64,000 bases of DNA from assembly GCF_009914755.1 (NCBI RefSeq), contig NC_060933.1. One strand, given 5' to 3'. The notes beneath the pieces were generated by a model that saw nothing but the letters and a program-made list of their open reading frames with translations, made no database searches and was not told the DNA's origin. The position numbers and the translations under genes are program-made. Below are positions 1 through 18,478 of the stretch, piece by piece. Every line of letters starts with the position of its first letter. Within the stretch, counting starts at the first letter, position 1. The DNA comes from the human T2T-CHM13v2.0 reference genome, Homo sapiens.

Positions 1-544
1 GAAGGAAGCAATCAGGTCAGTGATCTGCTGCCATCTGGGAACCTGCAGACACAGCCTGGGGCCAGCGTCCCGAAGGTGCCTGCAGAAGGCTGTTCCTGTT
101 GGCTGAGGATGCAGAGGCAGAGGGTAAGGCATTCACAAGAGGAAAACTAAGCAGCCAGAAAAAGCAGTGAGAGGAACAGGAACGACGCCGACACCTAAGT
201 GCTGTGGAGAAAAGCAAACTTCAGATGACACAAAATAGGGCACCGTTTACGTAAAAGGTTAGTCCTGGAAAAGGCTTCCCGCACCTGCTGTAAAAGTGCG
301 AAAGGCGGCCGGAGGCTGCGGCTTCACAAGAGGCCACGTGGGGCACCTGCCCTGCTCCGTGCTAGAACCCCTGGAGGTCAATACAGCACCGTGTTTTTAA
401 AACATGGGTAGCAGATATCTGAGTGTTGGCTCTTATCATCTGTCTTTTTCTGAGTTTGTGCAGTATTTTACTCAAAGGAAAAGAGAAACAGGAGGTTCTG
501 AAGAGAGGGCTCTCCCCAGCTCCACCGGCCCTCCCCGTGCTCAC

Positions 545-713
545 CTCGCCCACTGTGGGCTCCTGGTCACCCAGGCCCACGATGAGGATGCAGTCGGCCT
601 GGCGCACGCAGCGCTGGGTCCAGGGTGTGAGCGTGCCATCTGCCTGGTAGAGCACGATCCTGTGGGTGTCCTCCTGCTGCCCCAGCCAGCTGGACAGCCG
701 GTACTCGTGAACA
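545..713 (-). CDS. PNPLA7: Exon P (169 nt, 2-0) (S)[56 protein letters not shown]
   Basis: CAG acceptor 714-716; donor GAG|GTGAGC. Confidence 0.96.
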
Positions 714-1192
714 CTGCAGCACGCAGAGGGAGTACCTCACTACTCCGCAGGGGCCTGGCACTCTTAGCACATGTCCCCGGGGCAAAGAGGCAGCAGAGGC
801 CAGCACCAGCCGCTGCCCCTTCCCCTCCCTGCCCAGCACTTCCTGCCATCGCTAGTTCGCAGTGAGTTATTCAGGGCCTAGGCAGTCACGCAGAGGCTGC
901 AGTTAAGCCCAGAGGCTGAGGCTCGTTGAGGGGCAGGCTGGGGAGAGTGAGACCCGGGGCTGCCCAGGCGGGAAGCGGGGGCTGGGGTCCCCTGGGAGGC
1001 CTGACAGTGCCCAGCAGGTCAGCGCTGCCCAGTGTGTCCAGTGAAGGGAGTCACGTCATCAGCCCTCACACCACAGTGTGCTGGACGAGGAGCACGCTGC
1101 AGTGCAGATGCTGGATGTGGACACAGTGGGGACACATCTCAGGGCTGCGTTGGGCCGGCTGGGAGGAAGGAGTCGGGGCTGGCGGCACGCAC

Positions 1193-1256
1193 CTGTCCAG
1201 GGCAGCGGAGCCAAGGCGCCGTTTTATGTTGTCACTAGTCAGCAGCAGGGTCGGGC
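1193..1256 (-). CDS. PNPLA7: Exon O (64 nt, 1-2) (G)PTLLLTSDNIKRRLGSAALD
   Basis: CAG acceptor; donor CAG|GTGCGT. Confidence 0.94.
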
Positions 1257-1913
1257 CTGAAAACACCACCACCAGTAACGGAGCCTGCCTGGGCAGCCCA
1301 CCTCCAACGCCAACAAGGCACCGACACCCAGCAAGGTACCGACGCCGAGCCAGGCACCGACGCCCAGCCAGGCACCAAGGAGGAGGAAGGCAGTGAGAGT
1401 CCACTCCCCAACCCCAAGGTCTGCTCCCCTTGAGCACAACTGCCAAGCCTTCTTCACCTGCCAGTGGGGAAGGGCCTGTGGCCTGATGCTACCTCCCATC
1501 TGCCCTGAAGGAGGCCTCGGGTAGCCTCTCTGAGCCTCGGTCCCCTCCAGCACGAGCAGCAGTGGAATCTCTGTGTCCTGCCACGTGTGCAGGGCAGGGA
1601 AGGCTGTGCGATGGGAGATAACGTAATTTCCAAAACCCAGATCATCGAGGTGCCAGACGCCAAGAGGCCAGGGTCCCCAGTGTTGACATGCCTGTTCGTA
1701 TGCATCTTCCACATGGGCACGGCTGTCAGGGCCCTTCTCAACCAGGGGCGCCAGTGTCAGCCCTGGCATCACAGCCACCAGAGGCTCAGGGGAGAAGCTA
1801 AGATGAGGGGCTCAGCCTGAGGGGGTGCTGCTTGGCAGTGCCGGGTGGGAAAGGACCCAGAGCCCCATGTGTGGGAAGCAGGGAGGTCTAATTCTAATTA
1901 AAAGCTAGAGATC

Positions 1914-2189
<276 letters not shown>

Positions 2190-2299
2190 TCAGATCAATG
2201 TGTCTCGTGCCTTAACTAGCAACATTTGTTTCTTAGAGGCACACAAAATAAGGGCCCCTCTTACAACTGAACTAGAATGCCCCCTGGGCTCAAGAGACA

Positions 2300-2830
2300 G
2301 CTCTGAGCTGAAAATCCAGCCCAATGCTGGTGCGATGTGCAGCAGCCGAAACCTGCTCACTGCTGTGGGACTGCAGCCTGGTGCAGCCTCACTGGAAGTC
2401 AGCTTGGTGGTTTCTTCTACAACTAAACATACTCCGACCACAGGATCCAGCAATCATGCTCCTTGGTGTTTACCCAAAGGAACTGAAAACCTCTGTCCAC
2501 ACAGAAGCACGCACACAGGTGTTTACAGCAGCTTCACTCATAATTGCCAAATCCTGGAAGCAGCCAAATGCCCTCCAGTAGATGAACAGATCAACTGTGG
2601 TGCGTCCAGGCAGCGGACGATGACTCAGCACCAAAAAGAACTGAGCTCCAGGCCAGGAAAAGGCCAGGAGGAACTTTGCGTGCACGTGACTGAGTGGGAG
2701 AAGGCCGTCTGCAGAGGCTACACCGTGTGGTTCCATTTCCATCACTTTCTCAGAATGACAAAATTATAGAGATCGAGAACAGATCCAGGGCTGCCGGCAA
2801 GCCGGGGTGCTGGGTGACAACATGGCAGCC
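2300..2830 (+). mobile_element. Old L1 3'-end fragment
   Basis: gatccagcaatc...tttacccaaaggaactgaaaac...cagcagcttcactcataattgccaaa motif. Confidence 0.6.
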
Positions 2831-3082
2831 ACCTGCAGGGTCTCCTCCGTGACAGAGTGGCCCCGTGTGGTGCAGGTCACAGAAACGGCACCCACACCAC
2901 ACTGCACCACACACACCCAGGAGGGCACGGACGGGCTGCTGGGGCCCAAGGGGTCTACAGATGGCGTAAACGCCAACGTCCCGGCCTCGATGTTACCCCC
3001 TAAGGCGCTGCCCGTGAAGGAGCCCTGGCGAAGGGCACATGGGGTCTCTCTTTACTATTCCACAATTTCTCCGATCCTATAA

Positions 3083-4502
<1,420 letters not shown>

Positions 4503-4819
4503 TAACCTTAAACCCACAGAAAACTGACTTCCTGTCTATCATCATGGTCCCTATCATCACATGAAAACTTGTAAATAAAATGTTGCAAAGAATATAGAAT
4601 AACTTAGAATTTTGAGAGTTCTCAGGAAATTCAATTCCTTGCCCTTGAATCCCCAAATTTAACAGCTGCCAGCAATTTGGAAACACTACCGAACACTGAC
4701 CCCAACTGAGCCCTGCCCACCCACCGCCGCGTCCCCTCGAAGACAGAGGGCAGCCGGCAGGCGCCCTCCACCAGGCCCAGAACCCAAGGATGGCTGGAGG
4801 CTGGGAGGCTCAGGCTTAC

Positions 4820-4969
4820 CGATGGCGCTGAGGGCATGCTCCAGCTCCAGGGCGAAGGCGGTGAGGGGCACTTCCTCTGACACGGGCATCACTGCCACCG
4901 TGGACAGGTTGACAGCCGGGTTCCCCAAGTCCCACTTGCTGCCCTCCGTGGGGAGCCCAAGCTGGTGGC
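4820..4969 (-). CDS. PNPLA7: Exon N (150 nt, 1-1) (G)[49 protein letters not shown]
   Basis: CAG acceptor; donor TCG|GTAAGC. Confidence 0.95.
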
Positions 4970-5074
4970 CTGTGGAGCAAAGGACCCACGTCAGCTGGGA
5001 CAGCCCACACGCTCACAGATGCCTCCAGATGCCCTGGGGCCCCCCGAGGCTGCACAGGAGCAACGCAGCAGCAC

Positions 5075-5300
5075 CAGAGGCCGCCTGGCCCTCCCGCCTC
5101 CCCAGTCCTGAGGCTGCCTGGCCCTCCCGCCTCCCCAGTCCTGAGGCTGCCTGGACCTCGCGCCTCCCCAGTCCTGAGGCTGCCTGGACCTTGCGCCTCC
5201 CCAGCCCTCAGGGGCTGCCTGGACCTCATGCCTCCCCCAACCCTCAGAGGCTACCTGGGCCTCACGCTGTCCCCAGCCATGTGGCTGCCTAGGCCTCACG
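5075..5300. repeat. 33-bp minisatellite (cctcccgcctccccagtcctgaggctgcctgg-like), ~6 degenerating copies
   Basis: Direct reading. Confidence 0.85.
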
Positions 5301-5502
5301 CCTTCTCCAGGCCGGAGGCTGTCTTGGTCTCACGCCTTCCCCAGCTCTTCCTGATGAGCTGCCAGTCCACACCTGCAAGCGTCCCCAGGCCCCACACAGC
5401 AGGTCTGACCAGCACTGGTCCAGGCCCAGGCCCAGGGAGTGGATTCCTCCTGACCCACCAAAGACAGTGATTCACGGAGCGACTGAAAGGAATGTGAGGC
5501 TC

Positions 5503-5768
5503 AGAGTAAACCAGACAAACGCTGCAGGTGAGGCCTCATCGGAGTAAACCAGACAAACGCTGCAGGTAAGGCCTCACTGGAGTAAACCAGACAAACGCTG
5601 CAGGTGAGGCCTCATCGGAGTAAACCAGACAAACGCTGCAGGTGAGGCCTCATCGGAGTAAACCAGACAAACGCTGCAGGTGAGGCCTCATTGGAGTAAA
5701 CCAGACACACTCTCCAGGTGAGGCCTCATCGGAGTAAACAAGACATACTCTCCAGGTGAGGCCTTATC
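5503..5768. repeat. 38-bp VNTR x7 (ggagtaaaccagacaaacgctgcaggtgaggcctcatc)
   Basis: Period of 38 seen at 5505, 5543, 5581 and onward. Confidence 0.95.
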
Positions 5769-8340
5769 CTCTGAACCAATCGTCGCAGGGCTTTCCACCA
5801 CTCACTCCAGGAACAGTAAACAACACACGGGCTAGACATCAATAGGCCCGTTTCTCTTGTCTGTCATCTGCAAGGGATTCCAGAAACCAAGGAAGCACAG
5901 CGCAGCCCTGGGAAGCCTGGGCCAGGCCCTGGAGACCCCGGAGACGCGAGTGAGGGTGTCAAGGCAGACCAGGCTTTCCTCTCCCTGAGACTGGAGCCTC
6001 CAGGGCCCACCAAGGGGCCCGCCCAGACAGGCAGGACCCTCTCCCTGGGCCCCATGTGGGCTGAGGGGCCCCTCGGCCAGCACAGTGGCAAGGACATGGA
6101 CCAGGGGGTCTGGGACTTGAGAGTCCCCCAGAGGGTCCCAGGCCCTCTTTACTGGATGCCGTCTGGCGAGTGGCATCTCTGCTTCCACAGAAGAGGTTGA
6201 GGGGACGGCCTCACTGCTCCTGAGGCCACCGCGCCACCAGCCACGCTCCTGCCCACGAGGGTCTCCTGCATCTAGGTGCCGTGGATGCTCCTCCTCTGCA
6301 GTCCCCGTGGCCCAGCCCTCTCACAGGCTGTCCCCTGGCCTATGTCTCCCGTCCCCAGTGAGGTGGCTTCCAAAATCCACCAGACACGCAGGTCCTGATT
6401 GGCCAAGGTCAGAGTAAGGGGACGCGGCATGGTGAGGGAAGAGGCCAGGAGAGCAAGCCTGGGGACACAGAACCAAGTGAGGGCTTAAGGGCCACTCCCT
6501 GCAGACGGCGGCCAGCGGACACCTGCAAGATCCTGGGATGCACACGGCGCCGTGGCAGCACTGCGGGTAAGAGCCTGTGAACGGGGAACATGGCTCGGAG
6601 AACCAGCGCACAGCCGGCAATCATGTGCTCACAGGAAAATAGCTGATGACGTGCTGCTGAGCAGGAAAGCTGCAGAGTGGTTTATAAATGTGATTCCATT
6701 ATTAAATAAATACTCAAGGCCTCCCAAAAGAAAAACACCCGTACCTGTATGCAGGCAGAAACAGATAAATGATGCTGCCCATCCCACATCCCGAATGAGT
6801 GTCCAAGACTCACACAGCCCCAGATCCTCCCTCGGACTCGGCCCCCACCTCCGGCCCCAGGCTCCTACCCGACCCACCAAAGCTCAGTCCCCGCCCTCAG
6901 TCCAACTCAGCACCGGGAGCCCTGGGCCTCCACCGCCCAGCCTTGGGGTGGCTTCAGCCGCCTGCTTGAGAGGACGCTCTGTGCACAGTGGCCGGAGCTG
7001 GCCTTCGACGCCCAAGTCTGCCCGGAGCCTTTTTTGCTCAAAGCCCCTGGTGCCCCTCCCCACTCAGAACAAGCCAGAGTCTGCAGCCTCAGCCCATCTG
7101 CGGTCCCTGAGAGCTGCTGGTGACCCCCACACCACACAGCTCTCTTCCTGGCCCCAAGGGTCCTGACCTCCTCAGGGAGCGCTGCCCCACCACCTGCGTG
7201 CCCCTGCCCCTCCCCCCGCCCTTCTGAGCCATCTCTTTTGCCTTCTTGGTCCAATTTCATCCCTGACCCAACTCGACTGCAGCTCTAGGAGAAGGTTCTT
7301 TCCTGACTGGCTTCCTGAGCACGGTGCCAGCTTCCGACAGGGCCCAGTGCTTGGTTGGCCCCAGCAGGTAAGCCAGGGATGGACGGTTGCGTGCTGCGCA
7401 CCGGCTGCCAAGGGCTCAGTGTCCAGTGCCCATCTCTGCCTGGAGGTTGCAAAGCCCAGCTGCATCCCCAGCTGTTCACAGACCGCACCCAGCTTCTGCC
7501 AAGGGCTGTGACCAAGCAGCGCTGGAGACGTGCAGAGGCATCCACACCGGGCCCTGGTCGGGATAAGCGCTTGGAGCTGAGTGGCCCAAAGTGCCGGCCT
7601 GGAGTGCAGGGCTGGCCAAGTGTCGCCGTGGGGCTCATGGACCCCTGGAGGGGACCCCAGCCCTGGAGTAAATACCCAAACCGGCAGCCCCAGTAAAGGA
7701 CCCTGCCTGACGCATGTGCAGCTGTGTCTGTGCAGGAAAAGAACCGGGGCACTGGCGCCTCAGCACCACCTGAGCAGCTGTAAGAGGGAGGCGCCCACGT
7801 CTTCATCTCGTGCCTGGGGGCTCTTAGGTCTTTTTGCAGCCTACACAGCCTTTGTGATAAAACTCCACAATGACAGACAAGAAAAATGAAGCAAAATAAA
7901 ACCCTCCACACGTGTTCCTCCTGGCAGCCTCTGCTCCTCTGGGGGAACCAGCCACACCGGCACGGAACCGGCTGTGCCAGCCACAGAGCCTCCAGTTCTA
8001 CCCAACCCCAGCTGGCCCCCGAGAGGCCGTCCCATCCAGCCTCCACCTGCCTGTCAGGGGCATCTCAGGAGCCTGGGCCACCACCACAACCTGGCACGCC
8101 CTGCGAGGTGTCCCCAGCATCACCTTCACCGCACGCACTTCAGCCCCTCACTGCAGCTGAGCCTTGGCCACACGGGAGGAGCGGGGGACTCAGGCCCAGA
8201 TGATGTGTCTCCGCCTCTAGGCGCTGAGTGGAAGGCAGGTGGCTTCTATAATCAGGAGGAAATAACTCCCAGATAGCAAACAAACAATGCACACACACAC
8301 CAAAGTGCTGCTGAGCACAGAAAGACGGAGAACCGCCTCC

Positions 8341-8497
8341 TCATCCTGAGCTTCGGCCTGAACGCTGCTCTCGTGGTCTGATGTCTCGTCCCGAGCTTCA
8401 CTTGCAGTCTGATGTCTCGTCCCGAGCTTCGGCCCGAACGCGGCTCTCGCGGTCTGATGTCTCGTCCCGAGCTTCGGCCCGAACGTGGCTCTCTGAT
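8341..8497. repeat. CpG-rich short tandem repeat (tctgatgtctcgtcccgagcttc core, 3-4 copies)
   Basis: Direct reading. Confidence 0.85.
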
Positions 8498-8934
8498 GTG
8501 GATTTATTTTTATTTTTCCTGCAGCTTTTCCTTGGGAATCCCTTTCCTCTCGCCTCTCCAGGGACTGAGGTGTCAGAGTCCTCATTTGAGGCGGAATGGG
8601 GGAGGCCATTGCTAGTTCCATATGGCCTTAGCCTTGGGAAAAAGCACTGGTGAGGTTCTGGCTCTGGGCCAGAAGGGAGGTGGAGCAGACACAGGCCACC
8701 TGTCACCAGTCATGATCAGAGAGGGACAGAGCTCGAGGCAGCTCTCGCAAGACTCCAAAGGATGGAGAGGAAGGCAGGCTGGCCGGGGACCTCGGACTCA
8801 TGGAGGAACCACTTGACTCAGGCCAAGAAAGAAGCAGAGTCTGCTTCCCAGCCACATGGCTGCCACAGACGGAGGGGTCTGTCCCTCCCTCCCCATGGGA
8901 GCTGCCTCTAGGGACACTGACTGGCACCAAGCAA

Positions 8935-9345
8935 GCACCAGCAGACATCCCCCCCCAACTGTGCACCCCCCGACCAGCCAGCATCCTCCCAACTGTCCAC
9001 CACCCACAGCAGGAAACCTCTTCACCAACTGTCCACCGCCCACACCAGCAGACATCCCTCCAACTGTGCACCCCCTGACCAGCAGACATCCCTCCCAACT
9101 GTGTACCCCCTAACCAGCAGACATCCCAACTGTCTACTCACTGACCAGCAGACATCCCCCCAACTGTGCACCCTCTGACCAGCAGACATGCCTCCCAACT
9201 GTGTACCCCCTAACCAGCAGACATCCCAACTGTCTACTCACTGACCAGCAGACATCCCCCCAACTGTGCACCCGCTGACCAGCAGACATCCCTCCCAACT
9301 GTGCACCCCCTGACCAGCAGACATCCCCCCAACTGTGCACCCCTG
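8935..9345. repeat. ~30-40-bp VNTR (ccagcagacatccccccaactgtgcacccc)
   Basis: Direct reading. Confidence 0.9.
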
Positions 9346-9559
9346 CAGAGAAAGCAGAGGAGGCCCCACCTCCTGCCAACTAGAGGTAGGAGATCAAGAA
9401 AGCCTCGAATCTGTAATGAAGACGCAGCCTGTGCCAGGGTCAGGTGTTCGGGTCTGAGAGCTGAAGATGGCGCAGAATGCAGCCTTCACACTGGGCCTGG
9501 GCAGCACCTAGTAGGCAGACCAGGGTCAGTTCACGTTCAAACCACACTCCACAAACGTT

Positions 9560-11700
<2,141 letters not shown>

Positions 11701-11734
11701 CTCACGGTGCAGGTAAGTGGAGAGCGAAGAGTCA

Positions 11735-12010
11735 CATTACGTTACGTGTTAGACAGTGTCCCCCAAAATTCACAGTGCAGGTAAGTGGAGAGTGAAGAGT
11801 TACATTACGTGTTAGTGTCCCCCCAAATTCATGTCTACCCAGAACCGCAAAATGTGACCTTATTTGGAAACGGTTTTGCAGAGGAACTCAGATGAAGATG
11901 GGGTCACCCTAGAGTGGGGCTCACACTTCGCTGCCTCTGTGTGGCCCTCTGTGCATCCATCCGCTTCTTGGACAGACGTTCAATGCTGTGCACACGTCAC
12001 TGTGTGAACA
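11735..12010 (+). mobile_element. MLT1 (MaLR) LTR fragment
   Basis: tgtccccccaaattcatgtctacccagaacc...aatgtgaccttatttggaaa is a typical MLT1 start. Confidence 0.6.
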
Positions 12011-12669
12011 CAGACGCAGGCTCCTGCTCCCAGCCAGCTCACACGCCAATGCCAGAGGCAGGTGACAGGTCATGCAATGTGTCGGGGGTGACAAGCACAG
12101 AGAAGAAAAAGGAAGCGGAAAGGGAGCTGAGAGTGCTGGGCGGATGGGGAGGCCAGGGAGGCTGTGCTGAGACGGAGATGCAGGACACGCGGGAGCAGCC
12201 AGGCTCTTCTGAGGGCTCCAGGCAGAGAGCAGCAGGCACAGAGGCAGAAGGCAGGAGAGAGGAGCTCCCAGAATGGCAAGGGGATCTGGGGTCAAATGCT
12301 GTCCAGCAGAGATAAAGGGTCAGAGTCCTTGAGTATGTGGGACCTGGTGAGAGAGGACAGCCTGAGAGCTAACAGTGGCTCCAGAAAAAAGTACACCTCA
12401 GAACTAGGAAAGAATGAATATGCTGGAGCAGGGAAAACTAAATTCCCCACACTCTAGAATGGTCTCATTATCTTTCCATGCTGAGCACAGGAGAGAGAGC
12501 ACTCTCCGCTCCACCAATACCGTTTCCGGAGGTTTCACCCTGTTTCCTTTTTCCAATCAGCTGACAAAAATAGGAGGGAGATATATCACATTTCATCTTT
12601 TCACATATAGCAGAGCTTTCCTCCAGTGCTGCCCACATTGAGATACAGTTTGAAAAAAATTACTGGGCT

Positions 12670-13200
12670 CGGGTGGGCGGGGCTCTGAGGTAGGTGGGAC
12701 CATGGGTGGGCGGGGCTCCAGCACAGGGGAGGGGCATGGGCGGGTGGGTGGGGCTCCAGCACAGGGCGGGGCCATGGGCGGGTGGGTGGCCGGGGCTCCA
12801 GCACAGGGCAGGGCCGTGGGCTGGGTGGGTGGGGCCCCAGGATAGGGCAGGGCCCATGAGCTGGGTGGGTGGGACTGCACGACAGGGCAGGGCCATGGTC
12901 TGGGTGGGTGAGGCTCCAGGATGGGGTGGGGCCATGGGCTGGGTAGGCAGGGCTCCAGAACAGAGCAGGGCTATGGGCTGGGTGGGCCGGGCTTCATGAC
13001 AGGGCAGGGCCATGGGCTGGGTGGGCAGGGCCATGGGCTGGGTGGGCTACGGCTCTGGGACTAGGTGGGGCCATGGGCTGGGTGGGCAGGGCTTCATGAC
13101 AGGGAAGGGCCATGGACTGGGTGGGCAGGGCTCCAGGACAGGGCGGGGCCATGGGCTGGGAGGGCGGGGCCATGGGCTGGGTGGGCGGGGCTCCAGGACT
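12670..13200. repeat. G-rich ~39-bp minisatellite (gggccatgggctgggtgggcagggctccag...) next to the exon M donor
   Basis: Direct reading; multiple GGG runs. Confidence 0.9.
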
Positions 13201-13245
13201 GGGTGAGGGCTCCCAGGAGGCTCTGGGTTGGGAGAGGTGACCCAC

Positions 13246-13315
13246 CTGTCACAGGTCCCTGCTGGAGGCTGCCCAGGATCTTCTCACCCAAGAGATGAAT
13301 CAGCCGAGTCACCAC
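13246..13315 (-). CDS. PNPLA7: Exon M (70 nt, 0-1) [23 protein letters not shown]
   Basis: CAG acceptor; donor CAG|GTGGGT. Confidence 0.94.
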
Positions 13316-14754
13316 CTGCGGGCAGACACAGGAGCCAAGAGCCACACGTTTTAAACTGAGAAACACTGGGAACCAAAGACAGTGATGCTCAACAACAGCG
13401 AGACTCAGCCAATGGCGCTGGATCTGCTTTTCAAAACCTCCATGAACTGAGTTGCACATGACTCACAAGCCACGTGCTGGGCCATGGCTGTTTAGGCCTT
13501 GCAGCCTTCTTGATGCCCAGGTAAGCCATACGGCTGCCTTTCTGGTTGCCAGGCCAGCAGGTACAAGGGGTATGTCCTCTGTGACCGTGAGCCCAGGCCA
13601 GCCTCTCACTCTCACTTCAGGGCAGGCAGACAACTCCAAGCAAGCCACCCACGACCCTGAAGGCAGGACAAGGGCAGGCTGGCAGGCTTCTCTGGAACTG
13701 AGGGCTCATTGTGGCTGTTGCTTCTGGGTGCCAAGCCTGCTTCAGGGCACGGTTGGGGACATTTGTCCTGACTGGACCAAACGGTCCCCACACCAGGGGT
13801 TGCTGGCTTGCAGGGACCCTGCCCAGGGGCTGACTGTACAGCAAAGCTGGCCCCACAACAGCGGACCCACTGGCTTCACCCGCACTGTCCCCCAGAAGCT
13901 GCTGGTTGGATGGAGCCCTGCAGCGGCCTCTAAAGGGTGGGCCAGGGCTCCTGCTCCGAGGCGCTCATGAGAACGAGGCCCACCCTGCAGGCCAGGACAA
14001 AGATGGAGGAGTGGCCTGGCTCCCTGCTGTTCCCAGCAACTGTGGCTGCCACCCTGGAGCCTGCTGGCCCTGTGAGCTGCACTCACATGCTCCGCCAGGC
14101 TCTCCTGGTCCATAAGTGGGCAAGTACAGCAAGCGCCAGGACCTAGGATCTGCGGGCAGGAGAACCAGGATCCAGGAGCTGCGGGCAGGAGAACCATGGC
14201 CCAAGAGCTTTGAGTGGGAGAAGCGCTACCTGAGGGGAGGCGGTGGAGGGAGGGCAGTGGTGGCCTCTCAGGATGAGCCCCAGGGGTGGTGAGAGGCACT
14301 GGCCGTAAAAGGCCCTGCAACATGCTGTGGGCCACACCTGCACCCCCTTTCCATTTGTTCTAGAATGAAAAACTTCTTGGGATCCGTGTGCTGGCTGATG
14401 AACAACTGCAGACCTGCCCTTCAGGCCCCTCTGCCGGTCCTTCCTGGGCGCTCTCCTCACCGCTGACCCTGCACTTCCGAGCAGCCCGCCCTGTCCTTCT
14501 CCAGATCTCAGAGTGAGAGTCACTTCCCTTTCCTCTGCCACACCCACATCACTCATGAGTAGAGAGGCCACCAAGAAGGCAGCTGCACGACTGTCCTGGG
14601 AAGCAGCCTGGGCGCCTCTCCAGGTTTCCTGCTCACCGTCACCGCCCCCACCCAGCTGGGCTCTAATCTTCACCTCCTCCAGGTCGTTTTCCATCCATGT
14701 GTAGGTAGACCGAATGATCACCACAACTCAGGGCACAGTTTGGGACATGGCCTG

Positions 14755-15255
14755 TGCCACCCTCACCCGCACCACCCTCACCCGCGCCCTCACCTGCTCT
14801 GCGCCCTCACCTGCTCCGCACCCTCACCTGCGCCCTGCCCTCACCTGCTCCGTGACCTCATCCACTCCGCACCCTCACCTGCTCCGCGCCCTCACCTGTG
14901 CCCTGCCCTCACCTGCTCCATGACCTCATCCACTCTGTGCCTTCACCTGCTCTGCGCCCTCACCAGCTCCGCACCCTCACCTGCGCCCTGCCCTCACCTG
15001 CTCCGTGACCTCATCCACTCCGCACCCTCACCTGCGCCCTGCCCTCACCTGCTCCGTGACCTCATCCACTCTGCACCCTCACCTGCGCCCTGCCCTCACC
15101 TGCTCCGTGACCTCATCCACTCCGCGCCTTCACCTGCTCTGCGCTCTCACCTGCTCCGCGCCCTCACCTGCTCTGTGCCCTCACCCGCTCCGCCCTCACC
15201 TGTTCCATGCCCTCATCCACTCCACACCCTCATCCGCTCCGCATCCTCACCCACG
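14755..15255. repeat. ~17-bp minisatellite (ccctcacctgctccgcg), which reads CAGGTGAGGG on the gene strand
   Basis: Direct reading; ~16 exact ctcacctg copies. Confidence 0.95.
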
Positions 15256-15265
15256 CCATGCTCAC

Positions 15266-15379
15266 CTGTGGGTACCTGCGCTTGATGGACGTGAGGGCTC
15301 CTGCCGGCAGCTTGGCCAATTCTGAGTCCCGAACGGCATGCACCGTGGTCGCCCGGGCCTGGTGGGTCAGTGTCTCCAC
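15266..15379 (-). CDS. PNPLA7: Exon L (114 nt, 0-0) [38 protein letters not shown]
   Basis: CAG acceptor; donor CAG|GTGAGC. Confidence 0.96.
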
Positions 15380-15578
15380 CTGAGGACAGGAGCCGGCTGC
15401 TGGGGCCGCGGGCTTGGGAGGGCCGAGCCAGCTGGACCTGTCCCTGACAGCCTCCGGTGCCTGCCAGAGCCACACATGACACCCCATCCACACCGCAAGG
15501 CGGAGGCAGTCAGTGAGTGCTGGCGGGCGACGCTGTCAGAACCACTGGAACATGCCAGAAGCCAAAGGTGCCCCCTAG

Positions 15579-18059
<2,481 letters not shown>

Positions 18060-18346
18060 AATGGGGCCCTTTTAAAGGGACGGTGTGGACTTGAATATAA
18101 TGACACGGAGAGATGCTCATAGAACATGGACTATGTCCAAGCGTGTGTGGGTGTCATGAAATCCAGGAGGCCACGAAGTGTGTTTCCGAGCTAAGCTGGG
18201 GTGGGGCTGGGGAAATCCAGCCTTCCATGTGTGGTTTCCACAGTAACTTCCGTGTGTGGTTTCCACGGTAACCGTGCTTTGCCCATCCCCAGCTCCTGCA
18301 TGCCAGGGCAGCATGGATGCGGAGTGTGTGGCACCCACGGCCTCAC

Positions 18347-18478
18347 CTGTATATTGCTCGCCCGGCCTCCACCTCCACCCAGTCCAGGGCAAAGTCGATT
18401 TGCCGCACGAAGGACGACATCCTCTTCACCACAGTGTGCGCCACACCCAGGACGACGGTCGGCTGCTTCCGCATGATT
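18347..18478 (-). CDS. PNPLA7: Exon J (132 nt, 2-2) [43 protein letters not shown](R)
   Basis: CAG acceptor; donor CAG|GTGAGG. Confidence 0.96.

Noticed and set aside
8217-8706. Minus-strand ORFs (102 and 134 aa) as an alternative coding last exon
   Set aside because: The best-looking acceptor (CCCAAG|GCTAA) gives an immediate stop in the exon M frame, and the peptides are partly repeat-derived
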